Shown: positions 63,155 to 64,000 of the stretch, in pieces
Layout of the letters: each line of letters opens with the position of its first letter
How positions within the stretch are numbered: position 1 is the first letter of the stretch
Assembly (NCBI GenBank): GCA_964016885.1
Contig: OZ024744.1
Coordinates: forward strand, 39,804,001-39,868,000
Length of the DNA stretch: 64,000 bases
Reading direction: 5' to 3'
Source: Eledone cirrhosa
Taxonomy: Eukaryota
Translations under genes and position numbers: made by a program
The notes under the pieces: model-generated
The model's input: only the letters and a program-made list of their open reading frames with translations
Databases searched by the model: none
What the model was told of the DNA's origin: nothing

Positions 63155-64000
63155 TCATCATCACCACCAGCACCACCAGAACCAGCACCACCACTATCAC
63201 CACCATCATCATTATCATCATCATCATCGTTATTGAAAGTCTATTTTTCATGCTTGCATGGGTTAGACAGGTTGTCATATTACGAGACACATCAGGTCAG
63301 GTGATCACGTTTTGCTCATAAAGGTCTGTTTTAGGCTTGGTATCTATGGCTAGATGCTGTTCCTAATATAAACCATGTTTCAGTGTGGACTGGGTGTTTT
63401 TTGTTGTGGAACCAGGGTGGAATGGGTGCTTTTTTCTTCATGGTACCAGCGTGACCATCTACTAGATGTGTTTTTGTTGTCCCCAGCACAACAACCTTAC
63501 AGAGTGGAGAGGGTCTGAGCACTTTTGTTGTTGTGGCACCAGCCCTATCACTATACAGCAGCACTGTAGGGGGGCTGGACAGGAGAGGGGTAATTGGGGT
63601 ATGGAAGGTGGGGTAGGAGAGGAGAACAAGTATGCAAGCAAGACATGGATGAGGTGAATGAAGAGGTCTATGATAGGAAACTTAGCTGGTGAGGGTGGCA
63701 TTAAGATTGAGGAGGGTATATGGGAGAAAGGAGGAAGATGGGTGCAGACTAGTGTCCTCTTTGTTTAATCCTGTGCACATAGGAAGGTGGTTTTTCTGCA
63801 GTACAGCATGATGCCAGATATCTCAATCCTGTGTCATCTCCTTTGAGAGGTTTAATTGTGCAAGGTCAGCTTTTATCACTTCATCCCAAGCTTTCCTAGG
63901 TCTTCTGCTATAGCTTCTGTTGACTGAGTGCCCTGCACCTTTTTATACAGCTGTCATCCTCCATACATATCTCATACCCATACCACCACAATCTCCTTAC
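63155..64000 (-). mobile_element. Diverged RTE 3' end running off the window
   Basis: (CAT)n/(CAC)n tail, GCTTGCATGGGTTAGAC, decayed 3' UTR and RT end. Confidence 0.75.

Overview
AT-rich, repeat-dominated animal genomic DNA. The repeat inventory (RTE LINEs with (GAT)n tails, tRNA-derived SINEs, long TA/CA microsatellites) looks octopus-like, which is an inference. Little host coding sequence is visible: a two-coding-exon minus-strand gene encoding a ~178-aa DMAC1/TMEM261(DUF4536)-like membrane protein (43365-43038 joined to 34414-34206), and a probable terminal coding exon of an unidentified plus-strand gene (15019-15294). The rest is mostly mobile DNA: more than 10 RTE copies, a GC-rich CRE-clade retrotransposon, a non-autonomous LTR element, solo LTRs, a Gypsy gag relic, Penelope-like remnants, a Helitron end and MITEs. 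The most interesting signals are: (i) a ~530-nt non-coding, multi-domain foldback region upstream of the DMAC1-like gene (46240-46772); (ii) several hammerhead-ribozyme motifs; (iii) an LTR element carrying an internal inverted LTR copy; (iv) 3'-module swapping between a SINE and two LINE subfamilies; (v) a PHD-like finger inside the RTE reverse transcriptase. All calls were made by eye, without searches or folding software, so boundaries are approximate unless stated.
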